Shown: positions 12,828-27,899 of the stretch, in pieces
Layout of the letters: each line of letters begins with the position of its first letter
Position numbering within the stretch: position 1 is the first letter of the stretch
Origin: the human T2T-CHM13v2.0 reference genome, Homo sapiens
DNA length: 64,000 nucleotides
Assembly (NCBI RefSeq): GCF_009914755.1
Contig: NC_060931.1
Strand: one strand, 5' to 3'
Program-made: the position numbers and the translations under genes
The notes under the pieces: model-generated
Database searches by the model: none
What the model was told of the DNA's origin: nothing
Seen by the model: the letters and a program-made list of their open reading frames with translations, nothing else

Positions 12828-14200
12828 ATGGCCTCTAAATATTCAAGTGAAAGAAAGAGTTGCACATCTCTCACTTTCAGTTAAAAGCCGGAAATGACTA
12901 GGCTCAATGATGAAGGCATGTCAAAAGCCAGCTAAAAGCTAAACCTCTTGTACCAGTTAGCCAAGTTGTAAATACAAAATATATATATATAAAATATATA
13001 TATTATATATATATTATATATATATAATATATATAATATATATTATATATATATAATATATATAATATATATTATATATATAATATATATTATATATAAT
13101 ATATATTATATAATATATATTATATATATATAATATATATTATATAATATATATTATATATAATATATATTATATATATAATATATATTATATATTATAT
13201 ATATATGGAAATTAGAGATGCTACTCCAGTGAACACATGAATGATACTAAAACAAAACAGCCTTATTGCTGACATGGAGGAAATTGTAATGGTCTGTATA
13301 GAAGATCAAAAAAGCCATACTTCCTTATTAAGCCAAACCCTAATCTAGAGCAAGGCCTCAACTCTATTCAATTCTGTGAAGGCTGAAAGAGATGAGGAAG
13401 CTGCAAAAGGAAAGTGTGAAACTAGCAGAGTTTGCTTCATGAGGCTTAAAGAAAGAAGCCATCTCTATGACAGAAAAGTGCAAGGTGAAGCAGCAAGTGC
13501 TGATGGAGAAGCTGCAGGAAGTTATCCAGAAGATCTAGCTACAATCATTTATAAAGGTGGCTACACTAAACAACAGGTTTTCAGTGTAAATGAAATAGCC
13601 TTTTATTGGGAGAAGATGGCATCTAGGACTTTCATAGCTAGAAGAAAGACAATGCCTGGCTTGAAAACTTCAAACAACAGGCTGAATCTCTTCTTAGAGG
13701 GCTAATGCAGATGGTGACTTTAACTTGAAAGCAATGCTTATGTACCATTTCAAAAATCCTAGGGCCCTTAAGAATTATGCTAAATCTACTCTGCCTATGC
13801 TTTATATATGGAACAACAAAGTCTGCAAGACAGCACATCTGTTACAGTAGGGTTTACTGAATATTTTGAGCTCACTGTTGAAACCCATTACTCAAAAAAA
13901 TATTTTTTTCTTCAAAATATTACTGCTCAATAGCAATGCACCCAGGCACCCAAGAGATATGATGGACATGTACAGGGAGATTAATTTGGTTTTCATGCCT
14001 GCTAACACAACATCTATCTTGTAGCCCATGGATCAAGGAGTCATTTCAATTTTCAAGTCTTGTCGTTTGAGACATACATTTCATAAGTCTGTAGCAGCTA
14101 TAGATAGTTATTTCTCTGACAGATCTGGGAAAAGTAAATTGAAAACCTTCTGGAAAGGATTCAGTATTCTAGATGCCATTAATCACATTTTTGATCCATG
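12828..14200 (+). pseudogene. Tigger1 (pogo-family) transposase relic
   Basis: ATG at 12828 (MASK..SERKS); ORF 13376-13705 contains [43 protein letters not shown]; the first catalytic-motif D (NVDET) reads N; frameshifts and the A/T insertion disrupt it. Confidence 0.9.
12976..13206. repeat. 231-bp pure A/T interrupted (TA)n array
   Basis: No G or C between 12976 and 13206; built from units like aatatatattatatat. Confidence 0.98.
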
Positions 14201-14393
14201 AAATTAGGTCAAAATATCAATACTTAGAGGAGTTTGAAAGAAGTTGATTTTAGTCTTTGTGGATGACTTTGAGGAGTCTGAGACTTCAGTGGAGAAAGTA
14301 ACTGCAGATATGGTAGAAATAGCAAGAGAACTAAAATTAGAAGTGGAACCTGAAGATGTGACTGCTGCAGTCTCACAGTAAAACTGAAATGGA

Positions 14394-14771
<378 letters not shown>

Positions 14772-15548
14772 CTATCTTGAGATAGAAACAACTCCTTGTA
14801 AATATGCTATGACACTATTAAAAAGACAATAAAGCATTTAGAATATTCTATAAACTTAGTTGATAAAGCAGTGGCAGAGTTTGAGAGGACTGACCCCATT
14901 TTTGAAAGATGTTCTACTGTGGGTAAAATGCTATCGAACAGCATTGCATGGTACAGAAAAATCTTTCTTAAAAGGAAGAGTCATTCAATGTGGCAAACTT
15001 CACTGGTGTCTTATTTTTAAAAAGTGCCACAGCCACCCTAACCTTCAGCAACTACCAGCCATATCAGGCAGCAGCCATCAACATCAATGCAAGACCTTCT
15101 ACCAACAAAAAGATGACGACTCACTGACACCTCAGATGATCATTAGCATTTTTAACAATAAATTGTTTTAATTAACATATTGTTTTTTAGACATAACGCC
15201 ATTGTACACTTAATAGACTGCAGTATAGTGTAAACATAACTTTTATATCCACTGGGAAACAAAACATTTGTGTGACCCACTTCATTTCAACAATCACTTC
15301 GTTGCAGTGGTTTAAACCAAACCTGCAATATCTCTGAGGTATGCCTGTACATAGATGTAAGTTGAGGATCTGGAAATTTGCCCCGTATTTTAAGCTCTTC
15401 TTGTCCGTACATTACTTGGAAAATCTTTATGTACACCCACAGATCTCGCGCATGTGTGTGTGTGTGTATGCTGTATTCTGAACACCTCTAGGCATTGTGC
15501 AACCTAGAATAAAAGACGTGGATTCTGCTTTCTATACGACTACACTTT

Positions 15549-15846
15549 GGCCAGCTGCAGTGGCTCACGCCTGTAATGCTAAGCACTTTGGGAGGCTGAG
15601 GCAGGTGGATCATCTGAGGTCAGGAGTTTGAGGCCAGCCTGACCAACGGGGCAAAACCCCATCTCTACTAAAAATACAAAAATTAGCTGGGCATGGTGGC
15701 GGGCGCCTGTAATCCCAGCTACTCAGGAGGCTGAGGCAGGAGAATCACTTGAACCTGGAGGCGGAGGTTGCAGTGACCCAAGATCGCACCACTGCACTCC
15801 AGCCTGGGCGACAAGAGCGAGACTCCATATCAAAAAAAATAAAAAA
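15549..15846 (+). mobile_element. AluS (Sq/Sx-like) with TSD
   Basis: Full dimer; TSD gactacacttt at 15538-15548 and 15847-15857. Confidence 0.95.
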
Positions 15847-15889
15847 GACTACACTTTATTTGGAAACACAAGACTACACACTTACACTG

Positions 15890-16020
15890 TGTTACTCTAT
15901 TTCTGTAGATGAGGCAAATGGAGCTCAGGAAGATGAGAAAGCATGTCCAGTTTCACAGGCAGTAAGTGATGGCCTTGGAGCTCAAACCTTGGCTCTGTTA
16001 ATTGAAAGTCCATGCTCTTT
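15890..16020 (-). mobile_element. MIR fragment
   Basis: ctgtagatgaggcaaatggagctcagg...cacaggcagtaagtgatgg. Confidence 0.6.
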
Positions 16021-16179
16021 TTCCTAATACCATCTTCCAAATGGCCAGAAAAACAGTATAATTTGACTAACTTTATAAATGGAAGCTATTATGTGAATAT
16101 GTATTATTTGGAAGTTTACATGAAGAGAGAGGAAAAAAAAATAACTTGGCCTTGAGGAATGGGGGAGATTTCTGTAGAT

Positions 16180-16760
16180 AAAAACAAAAAGCCAGATAAG
16201 CTGAGGCATAGTATAAAGAAGTTGGGAATGTGTAAGGCACATTGTAGAAGAAAGGGAAAATAAAAACAGTCAGAGACGGAGTTTATTTGGAAAGCAGAGA
16301 AAGTTGGCAAGTTGTTGTGGAGTCAAGCATGGAAAATCTTAAAATGAAAATGATTTTCTTGAGAATTAGGAGGCACTGATGGGTTTTGAACAGGGGACAT
16401 GGTCAAAGCCATGTTTTAGGAAGAATTATCTGGTAGCAGCCTGCAGTATGGTTTGAAAACGGCTTTGACAAGACTACCTAAGTAGGCTGTTGTAATAATC
16501 CAGATGTGAGGTTATAATGGAATAGACTAGAGTGTGAGCTGTGGGAATATAAAGGAGAAGACAAATACCAGAGACAGTAAGAAGGAAATCGCAGGCTGGG
16601 TTAAATAATGCATGTGGGGAATGGTGAAATATTAGGCAAGAGAGACTACCTTGGATTACACAGAGCCTTTAATGCAAGTTCAGGGCCTGTGTATTTTAAA
16701 TAGCAAGGAGCCAAAAAAAAGTTTTGAGCATAAAAGGAAGAGTGGTTGAAGACTATTAAT
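16180..16760 (-). mobile_element. L2 fragments
   Basis: gggttttgaacaggggacatggtcaaa...ttttaggaagaattatctggtagcag...ggctgttgtaataatccag. Confidence 0.6.
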
Positions 16761-16899
16761 AGTGAAATAAATATTTTTATCTTATTCTACAGCAATGAAA
16801 TTAAAATATAATTCTAAAAACCCAGGAATCTAAAGTCTCAATTCCATAAATCAGGAATTCCTTTCCTCAAAGTGTAACACAAAGTTGTTTATTTGTCAT

Positions 16900-17700
16900 A
16901 TTCGATCACAGCCAGATTAGCTTGTTTCTGCCATTGCGTGTTTAAAAGGAAGTGTACGTAAATGATTACTGAGACTTTTGGATTGCTCTGGAATTGTTTT
17001 CCATCAGGGGACAAAGAAGATGTAAACAATTTGGGCTCAGCTACCCTCTCCAGATAGTAAAGCTTGTGCGATCAGTGGCTGCTACTCCCAACTTCACCAA
17101 AACACCACTCAAGACAGCTGGCTGCTTGGTAAGAGTTTCTATGACCAGGAGCTGGAGCTGACGGGAACACTGAAAACAGGTAATTGGAAGTGAATCTCCC
17201 ATGTCATGAAAAGTGCAGGGAGACTTTCAGCAGGGTTTGGAAAGTATTTATCTATTAAGTCCCGTGAGAGAATCATAAGTCAGAGGAAGGGTTGCCCTGG
17301 CAAAATCATGCAAGACTGACTGTTTTCTTCAGTGTCCATTTGACTTGCTAAGCATAGAGGTTTCTTCCTCCTTCTCTGTCTTTCTCTCTCTCTCCTGCTC
17401 TCGCACTCCATCCTACTCTCTCCTACTCTGCAATTCCCTTTCCCAGATATCTAACTGGATGAGAGATACCAGTCTCCACTTTGTCTCAATTTTTCTAAGT
17501 GACTGTTAAGGAACCACTCACAAGATTGGAAGTAGGCAGCACTACCTTCACCACTCACACTGTAGGGAAAGGGAAAAAAGTGTTGAAAATTTCCCACTGA
17601 CCCGGTGAGTTGTTACTTCATTGACTCATTCTCTTATCTTTCCACTCATAAAGATTGATTGGGAGGCAGTAATGAAAGGGTGTTTGGGAATAGCACAGTT
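16900..17700. promoter_or_regulatory. Candidate enhancer/promoter island
   Basis: Repeat-free with higher GC; TTGCGTG (AHR-type) 16934-40, AGGAAGT (ETS) 16947-53, TGTAAACA (FOX) 17021-28, TGACTCA (AP-1) 17622-28; motif evidence only. Confidence 0.4.
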
Positions 17701-17759
17701 AATTTGGTATCTTCCTAAGAAGATTCTAACGGGGTCTGATCCCCACATTTTTAAAGTTT

Positions 17760-17985
17760 TTTTATTTTCAATATTATTTATTTAGATATAATTCCACATT
17801 GCCTGAAGATTTTAAAGAATATCACAAAGAAACTCATCTACCTAGATTCATCAATTTTATATATATTTTATCATCCTACCCATGTATCTATCTATCTATC
17901 TACCTACCTACCTACCCATCTATTTTCTGAAACTTGGAGACAGTAAGTCTCTTTAAATACTGCACTGTGTATTTTCTTAGGTGTC
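17760..17985 (-). mobile_element. Old L1MC/ME 3' fragment containing a (TATC)n(TACC)n repeat
   Basis: acctagattcatcaatttt...tatctatctatctatctacctacctacc...tgtgtattttct. Confidence 0.5.
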
Positions 17986-19234
17986 CAGTTCTTTTTAGAA
18001 TGTGGCAGAATCAGAAATTTGTCCCTAGCTTTTGAATCTAGTGACAAAACCCAGAGCAACTAAGAGTCTAACTCAGCCATACTATTACAAAAACATTCTA
18101 TAAAGTATAATTTTCCTAAAAAGCAAACTGATAAACAGTAGTCTGACAGAAATTTATTATTATATATCAACTACTTATTCAGGTTTTAAAATATACCAAG
18201 CAATGTATTTGTAGTTTTACATACTATTTATTGTTCTTATCATATTTTTCAAATCATGCTATTCTTTACAATAAATTTATGATGGAGGCCTTATTTGAAT
18301 AAATTAGCCATAAAATATTAGTTCACTAAGTAAGGAAACCTAAAAAGTATTACTAGTTAATGTTGTATTAATTACTAATGTATGTACCTTTATATCAGAA
18401 GGGATGAATATTATATTCTATTAATACAAAACATCATTAAGTGGCTAGGAATATGCACTAATTCTAGAAAATTGTACCGATATAGAGCTTACAGCTCTTA
18501 CTGAATGTGTTTGCTTTAGACAGGGAGTTTGGTTAGTTTAATTTCGTACAGGCTTTACTTCACCCTTTTTCAAGGGGTAGCCCAGTAGTTCTTTGTTCTT
18601 GATTCTCAGAGTTGACTACTTGTTCACTTTTCTCCTGATGTCTCAATGTTCCTTTCCATTCCGTTCTACCCTTTTTATTTTCCTAGTCATATCTATGAAA
18701 GACTTTGGACCTAGGTGACCTAGGAGAATAAAAAGCAACAGAAAGCCAAATATCTACAAAAAATTCCATCTCTTAGATAGTCCAGGGTAAAACCATTCTA
18801 AGCATAACTTCAATGCTAAGATCTTCCTTTTCCCTCGTCATCTATAAGTGACACAATTTGCAATTAAAAAATAGTTGATTTAGCACCTTCTACGTAGCAT
18901 GCATTACTCAGTCACTTTATACATAACACAATTTAATCTTCAAAACAATCCTATGTGTAACTAATGACTGAGAAGAAATCATTATTGAAAAATATGTGAC
19001 CAGAATATAAATATTATATACTAGAATATAATCATAATAGAATATAAATATAATAAGATACTAAATACTTAAATATAAATAAAATGACATGATACACACA
19101 TAATAATATCTCACTATTCAGGGTCATTCTTTTAAAATCATATTTCTTTTCTCATACTATTGGGTGTCATTTGGAGAAAAAAAATTAAGAAGTTGCTTCA
19201 GAAGTTCTCCTTTCTTAAACCTCACCTGGTGTCT

Positions 19235-19515
19235 TCTTTTTCTGCTACCTGTAACAGATAGTATGGCTGGAGCTCCAGTGATTAACTTGGACCAAAAAGT
19301 GACTTTGAGAATAGAAATCTTGTGCTAAGCATGGCAGAGCAAAGGAGACTGAATTTTTTAATGACATTGTGAAACCTCCATAACAGCCTAAGTCAGCCTG
19401 CCTCCAGACTTTTTATATATGACACAGAAATATAATTTTCTCATTTTATAGGCTACTCTAGTATCATTTTGGATTTTTCTATTAAATCCAAATAAACCCA
19501 AAGCTCCTAACTACA
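19235..19515 (+). mobile_element. Old ERVL-type LTR fragment (LTR16-like)
   Basis: atggctggagctccag...ttggacca...atggcagagcaa...ctgcctccagacttttt. Confidence 0.5.
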
Positions 19516-19599
19516 AGTAGTTAACTATGTTATATATTTAGGTGCTTGCACTTTATTTCATCATAAGCTCTGCAGAGACATTAACGATTATTAAACAGA

Positions 19600-20056
19600 A
19601 ATCAGAGTGTGATCAGAATTTTTTGTTTCAGATATTTCTGACTAAAATATATTCGATACATTTTTTGAAAACACAATATTGGAGCAGAAAACCATTTAGG
19701 AGGTTGTTACAGTGATTCAATAAAAAGATGATGAAAGCCCAATCTAGGAAAGCTATACTTAGGATGGGGCAGGGGAAAGAATAAATAAATACTTCGCATC
19801 TAAAACTGTCAAGAGTAGACGGAACTAAGACGAGAGAGAGAATGAGGAAGTTCTAGAAACTCTCGAGTTTCCAAAACTGTGTGGTGCAATCAATAGTGTT
19901 AGTGAACATTGAGAGAAGAGTCAGTGGGAAAGTTCAACTTTGCACATGGTGAATTTGAGTTATTATGGGAAAGCCAAATGGATATATACAGAATGCAGCT
20001 GGATAAAAGAAGACTTGCTGTTGCTTACCAGAGAAATTCTGAATCCTACTTACAGA

Positions 20057-20097
<41 letters not shown>

Positions 20098-20500
20098 ATG
20101 AGAATAAAAATTATCAACCAGAGAGGTAATGAAGAGTGGAAAAATTCATAAATTCAAGACAAGGCCATGGGGAACCTTAAATTTGGGGGTTGGTGGAGGA
20201 AGACAGATGGTCAAAAAGGAGACAGAGAAGAAAGAGTGATTGAGGAACAAAGGTGTTCAAGAATCGTTTCAATAAATGTCATTTCAAGTGACAAAATAAA
20301 ATGTGCTCAATGCAAGATCACCCTTGGATTGGGCAATGAAGAAGTCATTATTGTTAATGAGAAAAATTTCTGTTGAGTTGTTGAGTTGGGAAAATACTAC
20401 AGTAAGTTAGGAGCTAATGATAAAGGAGGATGGTTGACCATTCTTTGGGGAAGTTTAGATGAAAAGTAAAAAGAAATAGTAATAGGGAGAGCAAAATCTA
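19600..20500 (-). mobile_element. L2 fragment
   Basis: ttaggaggttgttacagtgattca, agttcaactttgcacatggtgaatttgag, ttggattgggcaatgaagaagtcatt. Confidence 0.6.
20058..20093. repeat. (TG)18 microsatellite
   Basis: Perfect TG run. Confidence 0.97.
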
Positions 20501-22406
20501 GACTAGAAGATGATTCCATGACAGCTAATTTAAAAACAAGAGTTTTGAAGTTGTCATTATTAAATACTATTTGACTGATAGCTTTTGGAATAACACCTGT
20601 ATCAAAATGATGCCCCACATCCTAGGTTTAGAGAAATTTGGTTTCAGTTTTAAATATTCTAAAGGTAGAGGAGCGACTCAATACAAATTCCAAGTTCTGT
20701 GTAATTATGGATAAGGTGATAGAGACAGAAAATTATAAATAATTAGTTTGACCGAATTTTGATATCAATAGGAAAAATAAAATAAATCAGGAGAAGAGTG
20801 AGAACAATGTGACCATATTAATTGGTCCACTAATATGTTTTTACATGTCTCTTGGCAGTTAGGAAAATAATACACCAACCACATCTGTACTTTTTCAGTC
20901 AGCATACAGATCCAGGAATAGACTCTAAATTAGTTAGCATGAAGCCAACAAGCTCATGCAAATGTCAGAACTCACGTTTCTGAATTTCACCATTTCCCAA
21001 AGCAAGTTGACCCAATGATCTATATTTGGTGGTGATTTTTATTCCCAGATGTTGAGAACAGCTTTTTTGCTGGCAGTAGGTCCTTGAGGATGCATGTTCC
21101 CTAAGCTTTAAATAGCATGCCCTAAGGAATTAGTATTACCCAAGATATAAAAAGATTAATAAGGATTTAAAATTGAATAACTCCAGTAATTCCTTTAATG
21201 GATGTGCATTCAAATTATTTCCTTGGTCAGTATCATAACTGCTTGCTTATCACTGCATTCCTAAGAGATAACTCTCTTAATTTAGTGCCCATAGGGTTTC
21301 AGTCACAATGCAGTGCTGAGGCGGCCTGCCTTATTTCTTGGCACATAAGCAACCTTGCATAAGTCCATGTGTGAGACTTTGGAGAGCCTATTTCCTTCGA
21401 TCCCCTGTGTAGCTTCTTTTTAAAGACCTCTGAATTTCTCCTGTTTCTTTCTGGCTTTCATTGAAGATGTTTATTCAACGCAATGTGAGATAATTGAATT
21501 CTCAACAAGGAGCTTGATGAATTTTCTAATTCAAACTGGGTACCAAGAGGTGGCCTGTCATCTTTTTCCTTTTGTTGTACTGGGAGAAAAAAAAAGCAAA
21601 TGAGTCTCCTTGAGAGCAGTTCTCATTTCTGTTTCAAGTTCCCCCAACAAGTCATTAAACATTCTCTGGGTTTTGTCAACAGCCTGGTAAACATCCAGAG
21701 AAAGAATCAAAATAAGATTGTTTATTTAACATTCTTCAGCTCCAACTGCTGATTAGGGTAAATAGTTTGGATAAAACTCCTATATGATCCAAAAATCACA
21801 AAAAGAAAACATTAGCTATTGGGCAAGTTTAGAATGAGTTAGAAATTCTTTAAACAGCACAGACATTTTTACACACTTTGATATTTTCTTCATCTTCTAC
21901 TCATCTTGTGAAGGCAATGTCAGAGCTAAACATGAATGTTGAACAACCACTGAGAAAGCTCCTTGGAATCTAAGTGAAAATGCAGAGAGTGATTTCCAGA
22001 ACAAGCTATAGGCTGGAACACCTAAAACTCAGTGCTGCTCTTTAAGTAACTGAAAGAAGTTGAGTCAAAATAGCACTTTCCAAGGGCTGCCTTTTCAGAC
22101 TTTGGGCAAAATTTGTACTGATTCTACTTATCTCCAGAGAACCCAATAATTTAGCCAAAAGAGAAAAAATGTTTCTAATCATCAGGAAGACTTTTAGGTT
22201 TATAGGAGATCAGTCAATAATATGATGCCTCATTTTATATAGCTGTGCAAGCTTTTTAAAGAAAAGATCTATCATAATCCTGAATAAAGATCTAGTGAAA
22301 TATGCTGCTAATATATTTTTTAAAATGTTATTTTCTTCTTATGACCTCTAATCCAGATTTCGGTACATTAATTGTGGTTCAATAAGTGCGATATTTAGCA
22401 GATCAA

Positions 22407-22675
22407 TTTTTTTTTTTTTTTTTTTTTTGAGACAAAGTCTCACTCTGTCGCCCAGGCTGGGGTGCAGTGGTGTGATCTTGGCTCACTGCAATCTCTGCCT
22501 CCCAGGCTGAGGCAATTCTAATGGTTCAGCCCCTCAAGTAGCTGGGACTACAGGTGTGTGCCACTGCACCCAGCTAATTTTTGTATTTTCATTTTAGTAG
22601 AGACAAAGTTTTCCATACTGGCCAGGCTGGTCTAAACTCCTGGCCTCAAGTGATTTGCCAGCCTTGACCTCCCAA
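22407..22675 (-). mobile_element. Alu (J/old S), slightly 5'-truncated
   Basis: Poly-T plus antisense Alu body; flanks agatcaattttt / agatcattttt. Confidence 0.92.
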
Positions 22676-22899
22676 TAGATCATTTTTTAACATGAACTTT
22701 AACATAAATTTAAGATTCTGAACAGGCCACAAAATTTCCTCTACCAGCCTTGCTCTTTTTATCTGTCCTGCTCCAAATTAACTAATATAGTTACAAGGGC
22801 CATAGGATAACACTCACGCCGATGCATTCATGTCTTTCCTTAGAAAGTTCTCTTTTCCTTTTTCAAGGCTGATTATAATCCTTAGAATGACTTCAAATG

Positions 22900-23630
22900 A
22901 CACCATGAAATATTATTTTACTCGAAATAATGATTGAAAGACAAACTATCATTCTGCAGATTGGATATTGGACAGTTCCTCAAAAATGAATAAAATGAGC
23001 CTGGCACTTTGAGAAACGCAAGTGACAATAATTGTGATAAAATTTGAGTTGTCAAAAGAAAATGAAAATTTTGGAAAATGTTTATCTACCACCATGAGTT
23101 TGGTAGTTTCCTGATACTTAAAAATATGACTTTTCAATAATGTATATCAACCTTTGGAGATCTACATAAGCCAATAATCTATTATTTTACAAATGAGTAA
23201 TGTATTAAGTTACAAAATCATATATGAGAAAAAAGCCATCTAAAGTATAAGATAAACCAGTAGATTTTGCTCTAGAGGGTAAGAAAAGTTTGTTGATATA
23301 ATTTCGGATTCTTACATTCCAACTAACTTGAAAGAAAATACTACTTGTCAGGTGTTAATTTAATAACAAAGAAGAGTTATCTGCAATTATTTCCATTCTC
23401 CTCCTCTTTTCAATTATGTATCTGTGTAAAAGGAGATTTTCTTCATATACTTCAAGAAGAAAAAAATATATTGCTACAGAGTAATTCCAGGAAAAATATA
23501 AGAACCCAACTGTCTTTGATTAAGATATCAAAGAGATTTCCAAAAATGTAAAATAATACCATTCTTCTGGCCAAATTTTTGAATATATTGGTTATTTTTC
23601 AAAATGACTAATATTAAGGACAATTTAAAG
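22900..23630 (+). mobile_element. Charlie1-like hAT transposon internal fragment
   Basis: aaaatgaataaaatgagcctggcact...gataaaatttgag...ttttggaaaa...caccatgag...atacttaaa resembles recalled Charlie1 sequence. Confidence 0.65.
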
Positions 23631-24144
23631 TTGCAAGTATAAATTTATCCATGAAAAATATTTCCAAGGAAATGCAACTTTATAAACTCTAGCTCATTTT
23701 ATTTTTTAATTTTTATAAAATTTGGTTCCATTTATTTTTTGAATCCAAGCAAGTTATTTGCCTAAAGAAAAAATATATCTAATCTCATTTAAATTGAAGG
23801 ATTTCTTAATGATTTTACATTTGATGCAAATCCTTTTAATCGCTTTCTTCCCACCTAAATTTGGTGAAAGGAGGATAATTTGAGACGGGGTTGTGCAGGT
23901 GCTATGAATCTCAGTGGAGCAAGGGAGTATTAACTTCTCAACCTTGATCTCAGATCACTTCGTTTACCGTATATGGAGTAATTTGTCATCTGGTTCTCTA
24001 CCTTGCTGGTACTCAGGGATTCCTCAGTGTTGCCCAATGGGTACTGGAGAACAAGTTAAGTAACCTTATGTGAGAAGAGGGATGAAAAGCATATTGATTA
24101 GAAATTTGAAATACTATCATTACCATGTTGATAAATATAGAGAG

Positions 24145-24264
24145 AGCTGGGTACAATGGCTAGCACCTGTAGTCCCAGTTACTCAGGAGGCTGAGGTGGG
24201 AAGATGGCTTGAGCCCAGGAGTTCAAGGCCAAGGTGGGCAATACAGTGAGACCTTGTCTTAAAA
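24145..24264 (+). mobile_element. FLAM (free Alu monomer)
   Basis: Single monomer gctgggtacaatggc...ttgagcccaggagttcaagg...gtgagaccttgtctt. Confidence 0.85.
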
Positions 24265-24920
24265 TATATATACATATTTCATCTTTTCTTGTTTTCTTGT
24301 TACATCTGCTTTATAAATAATATATTGGGGACATTTTTTCTTATTATTACATATTCCTCTAAATTATAATTTATAAATGTTGCATCATATTTTATCCTGA
24401 CATACTTGATCTAAGAAATTTCATTTACATATTTCCATGTCATCATTATTATAAACAATTAGCTTAAGTGAACATCTGTTCAACTCTTCACCCAAATCTT
24501 TGTATTCATTCATGATTATTTCATTAAGACAAATTCCTAGCAAAAAATTATTGGGTCAAAAGCTCTATATATTATTACAGATCTGGGGGATTTTTCAAGA
24601 TTATTCTCTAGAACAGATGTACAATTTAGAATTCACCAAGAACTGTATAAATATACCTAACTTAGTAGGAGTGAACATTATTTCAGATATGAAATGGCCG
24701 TTTCAATATTTTTGTGAACATTCTATTTATATTTATTGTCCATTTTATTGTTTGTATGTTAGGCCTTTTTCTTATTGATTTAATTATTTGTACTATAATT
24801 CTTTGAGTGATCTTAATGATGCCAGCCTATTCTTTCTTTTGGTTGTTTTACTTGTCCATTCTTTTATTTTTAAACCGTATCTATCATTCTTTTATGAGTA
24901 TATTTTTTAAAAAGCAAATG

Positions 24921-25246
24921 GGCCTGGTGCAGTGGCTGATGCCTATAATCCCAGCACTTTGAGAGACCAGGTGTGAGGATCGCCTGTGCCCAGGGGTTCA
25001 TGACCACTGGAGCAATACAATGAGACAGCGTCTCTACAGAAAAAAATAAATAAAACAATTAACCACATGTGGTGGTTGTGCATGCCTGTAGTCCCAGCTA
25101 CTCCAGAAGCTGAGGCAGGAAGCTCACTTGAGCCCAGGAGTTTGAGGCTGCAGTGAGCTACGATCACACATCTGCACTCCAGCCTTAGCAACAGAGTGAG
25201 ACACTGTCTCTAAAAAAATAAATAAATAATACGTAAAATAAAAAAT
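24921..25246 (+). mobile_element. AluJo-like
   Basis: Dimer with J diagnostics (ttgagcccaggagtttgaggctgcagtgagcta). Confidence 0.92.
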
Positions 25247-25279
25247 GCTAGATTTGTATGTTTTGTCAAATTTATATAG

Positions 25280-25613
<334 letters not shown>

Positions 25614-25785
25614 CATAAATTTAGTTTCAACGCTGTCATCCTCATTGCTTTCTCGGTTTTTGTTTGTTGTGCTTTTCAGTGTGCTTTTTCTTCTTCTACC
25701 TTTTGCTTTTAGATCATGTTTTCCTCGCAATTTTTGTTAGTAATTTGGATACTTTGCATTCTTCTTATAAAAGTTGTCATTACTT

Positions 25786-26086
<301 letters not shown>

Positions 26087-27249
26087 TCATTACTTTTTAG
26101 TTATTAAATACATCGTAACAACAGCAAAAAAAAAAAAAAATTACTTAGCATCTGTTTTGTAATTAGAATAATATCACTTGAATTATTTCTGTGTCTCATT
26201 ACTGATCCAGGGGTTGAATTCTACAGGGGAAGAACTCTTTGGGTGAGTTTTTTGTGACAATTTTTGTTATTTTAATAGGATAATTTAACATACTCAAAAT
26301 AAAAACAGCTCAATGAAGCTCCATGTACACATTATGCAGATTCAAGTAAGGCTTTGCTACAGCTGTGTCATTTATTATCTTTGCCTAAATTATATTTAAA
26401 CCAATGTTTCTTCTAATTACCAATGTCAGTCATGAAAAATAATCTATGTAATATCTCTTGTAAAAATAACTCCAGCTCGTTTTCTTCCTATTTTTCTGTT
26501 TTTGTTGACATGTGCCTTATTAATTTTTAAACTATTTATACGATGTGGTAAGAATCTTTTGAATACATATATTATTGTATATCCTCTGAAGTCAATTATT
26601 TAGACTTAATTGTATGTCTACTGGTTTCGTAATACACCACAGTTTCTTTCATGCCATTATTTTCCAGACTCTTGAAATTTTGCGTTATTCTCCAATCTAC
26701 TCTAGCATGTATTTGAGTCATCCTTACCAGGGAAGTTTGTGGGTGACATCCTTTCTAAGCCCTTGCATGCCTGATAATGTCAATCCGTTCCTCTCGCACA
26801 TAAGTATATTTGGCTGGTCATAGAATTTTGCCGCTCACTTTTAACATGACTCCACTGTTTTCTGGCAGTTAAAATGCCTATATGAGAAAATCAAAACATT
26901 TCAATTTATTATCCGTGGCTGGGCACAGTAGAATCTTTAAATAGTCTTTCTTGTTCCAGCTCCCAAGTCTTCTGAACACAGTTTTTTGTTCAAATGAGAT
27001 TGTTCCCTCATTTTTTCCCAAATAAGCCATGTTTAATTGTACTTGCACACTTTCCTTCATGGTATATCATTGGTCTGGAATGCTTTCTATGTTATAGGCA
27101 AATTATCTCTACTATTTTATTCCTAGCTCAAGAATTACTTTTTTCACTGAGCCATCTAAAGTTATCCCAGTTTACACAGTATTTTCTTTCTTGTGACACT
27201 CAGGTTAGTAGTTAATTATATGATGTTGCATATTTTTTTCATACATTGA

Positions 27250-27402
27250 ATAAGGAGTTGTCTCATCTCTTCTACTTAGATAATACCTTAAGGTAAGTGG
27301 CAGTTAGCAGTAACAGTTTTTGATCTGCATTTTACCTTCAACATTGTATACACGGTAGCTTTCAATAAGTACCTGCTCAATAAATAAATGTGTGAATAAA
27401 CA
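27250..27402 (+). mobile_element. L2 3' end fragment
   Basis: cacggtagc...ctcaataaataaatgtgtgaataaa. Confidence 0.5.
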
Positions 27403-27514
27403 GAGAAAAAAAAAAACAAAGAGGCCTAAAAATTGGTTTTCACTTTAAGGCACTTTATACATTCTTGGAAAAAAGTCTAAATTGCTCATTGAAAAATTCA
27501 GTTGAGTTAAACAG

Positions 27515-27825
<311 letters not shown>

Positions 27826-27899
27826 TTATACCATGTTCACAGGGTACCTGAAGTGAACCTCAAGGTATCCTTTGTAGGAAGAGAAGATAATTGCCTCAT

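Noticed and set aside
13376-13705. TIGD1-like protein-coding gene
   Set aside because: Fragment of a decayed Tigger1 transposase: non-ATG start, frameshifts and a mutated catalytic residue.
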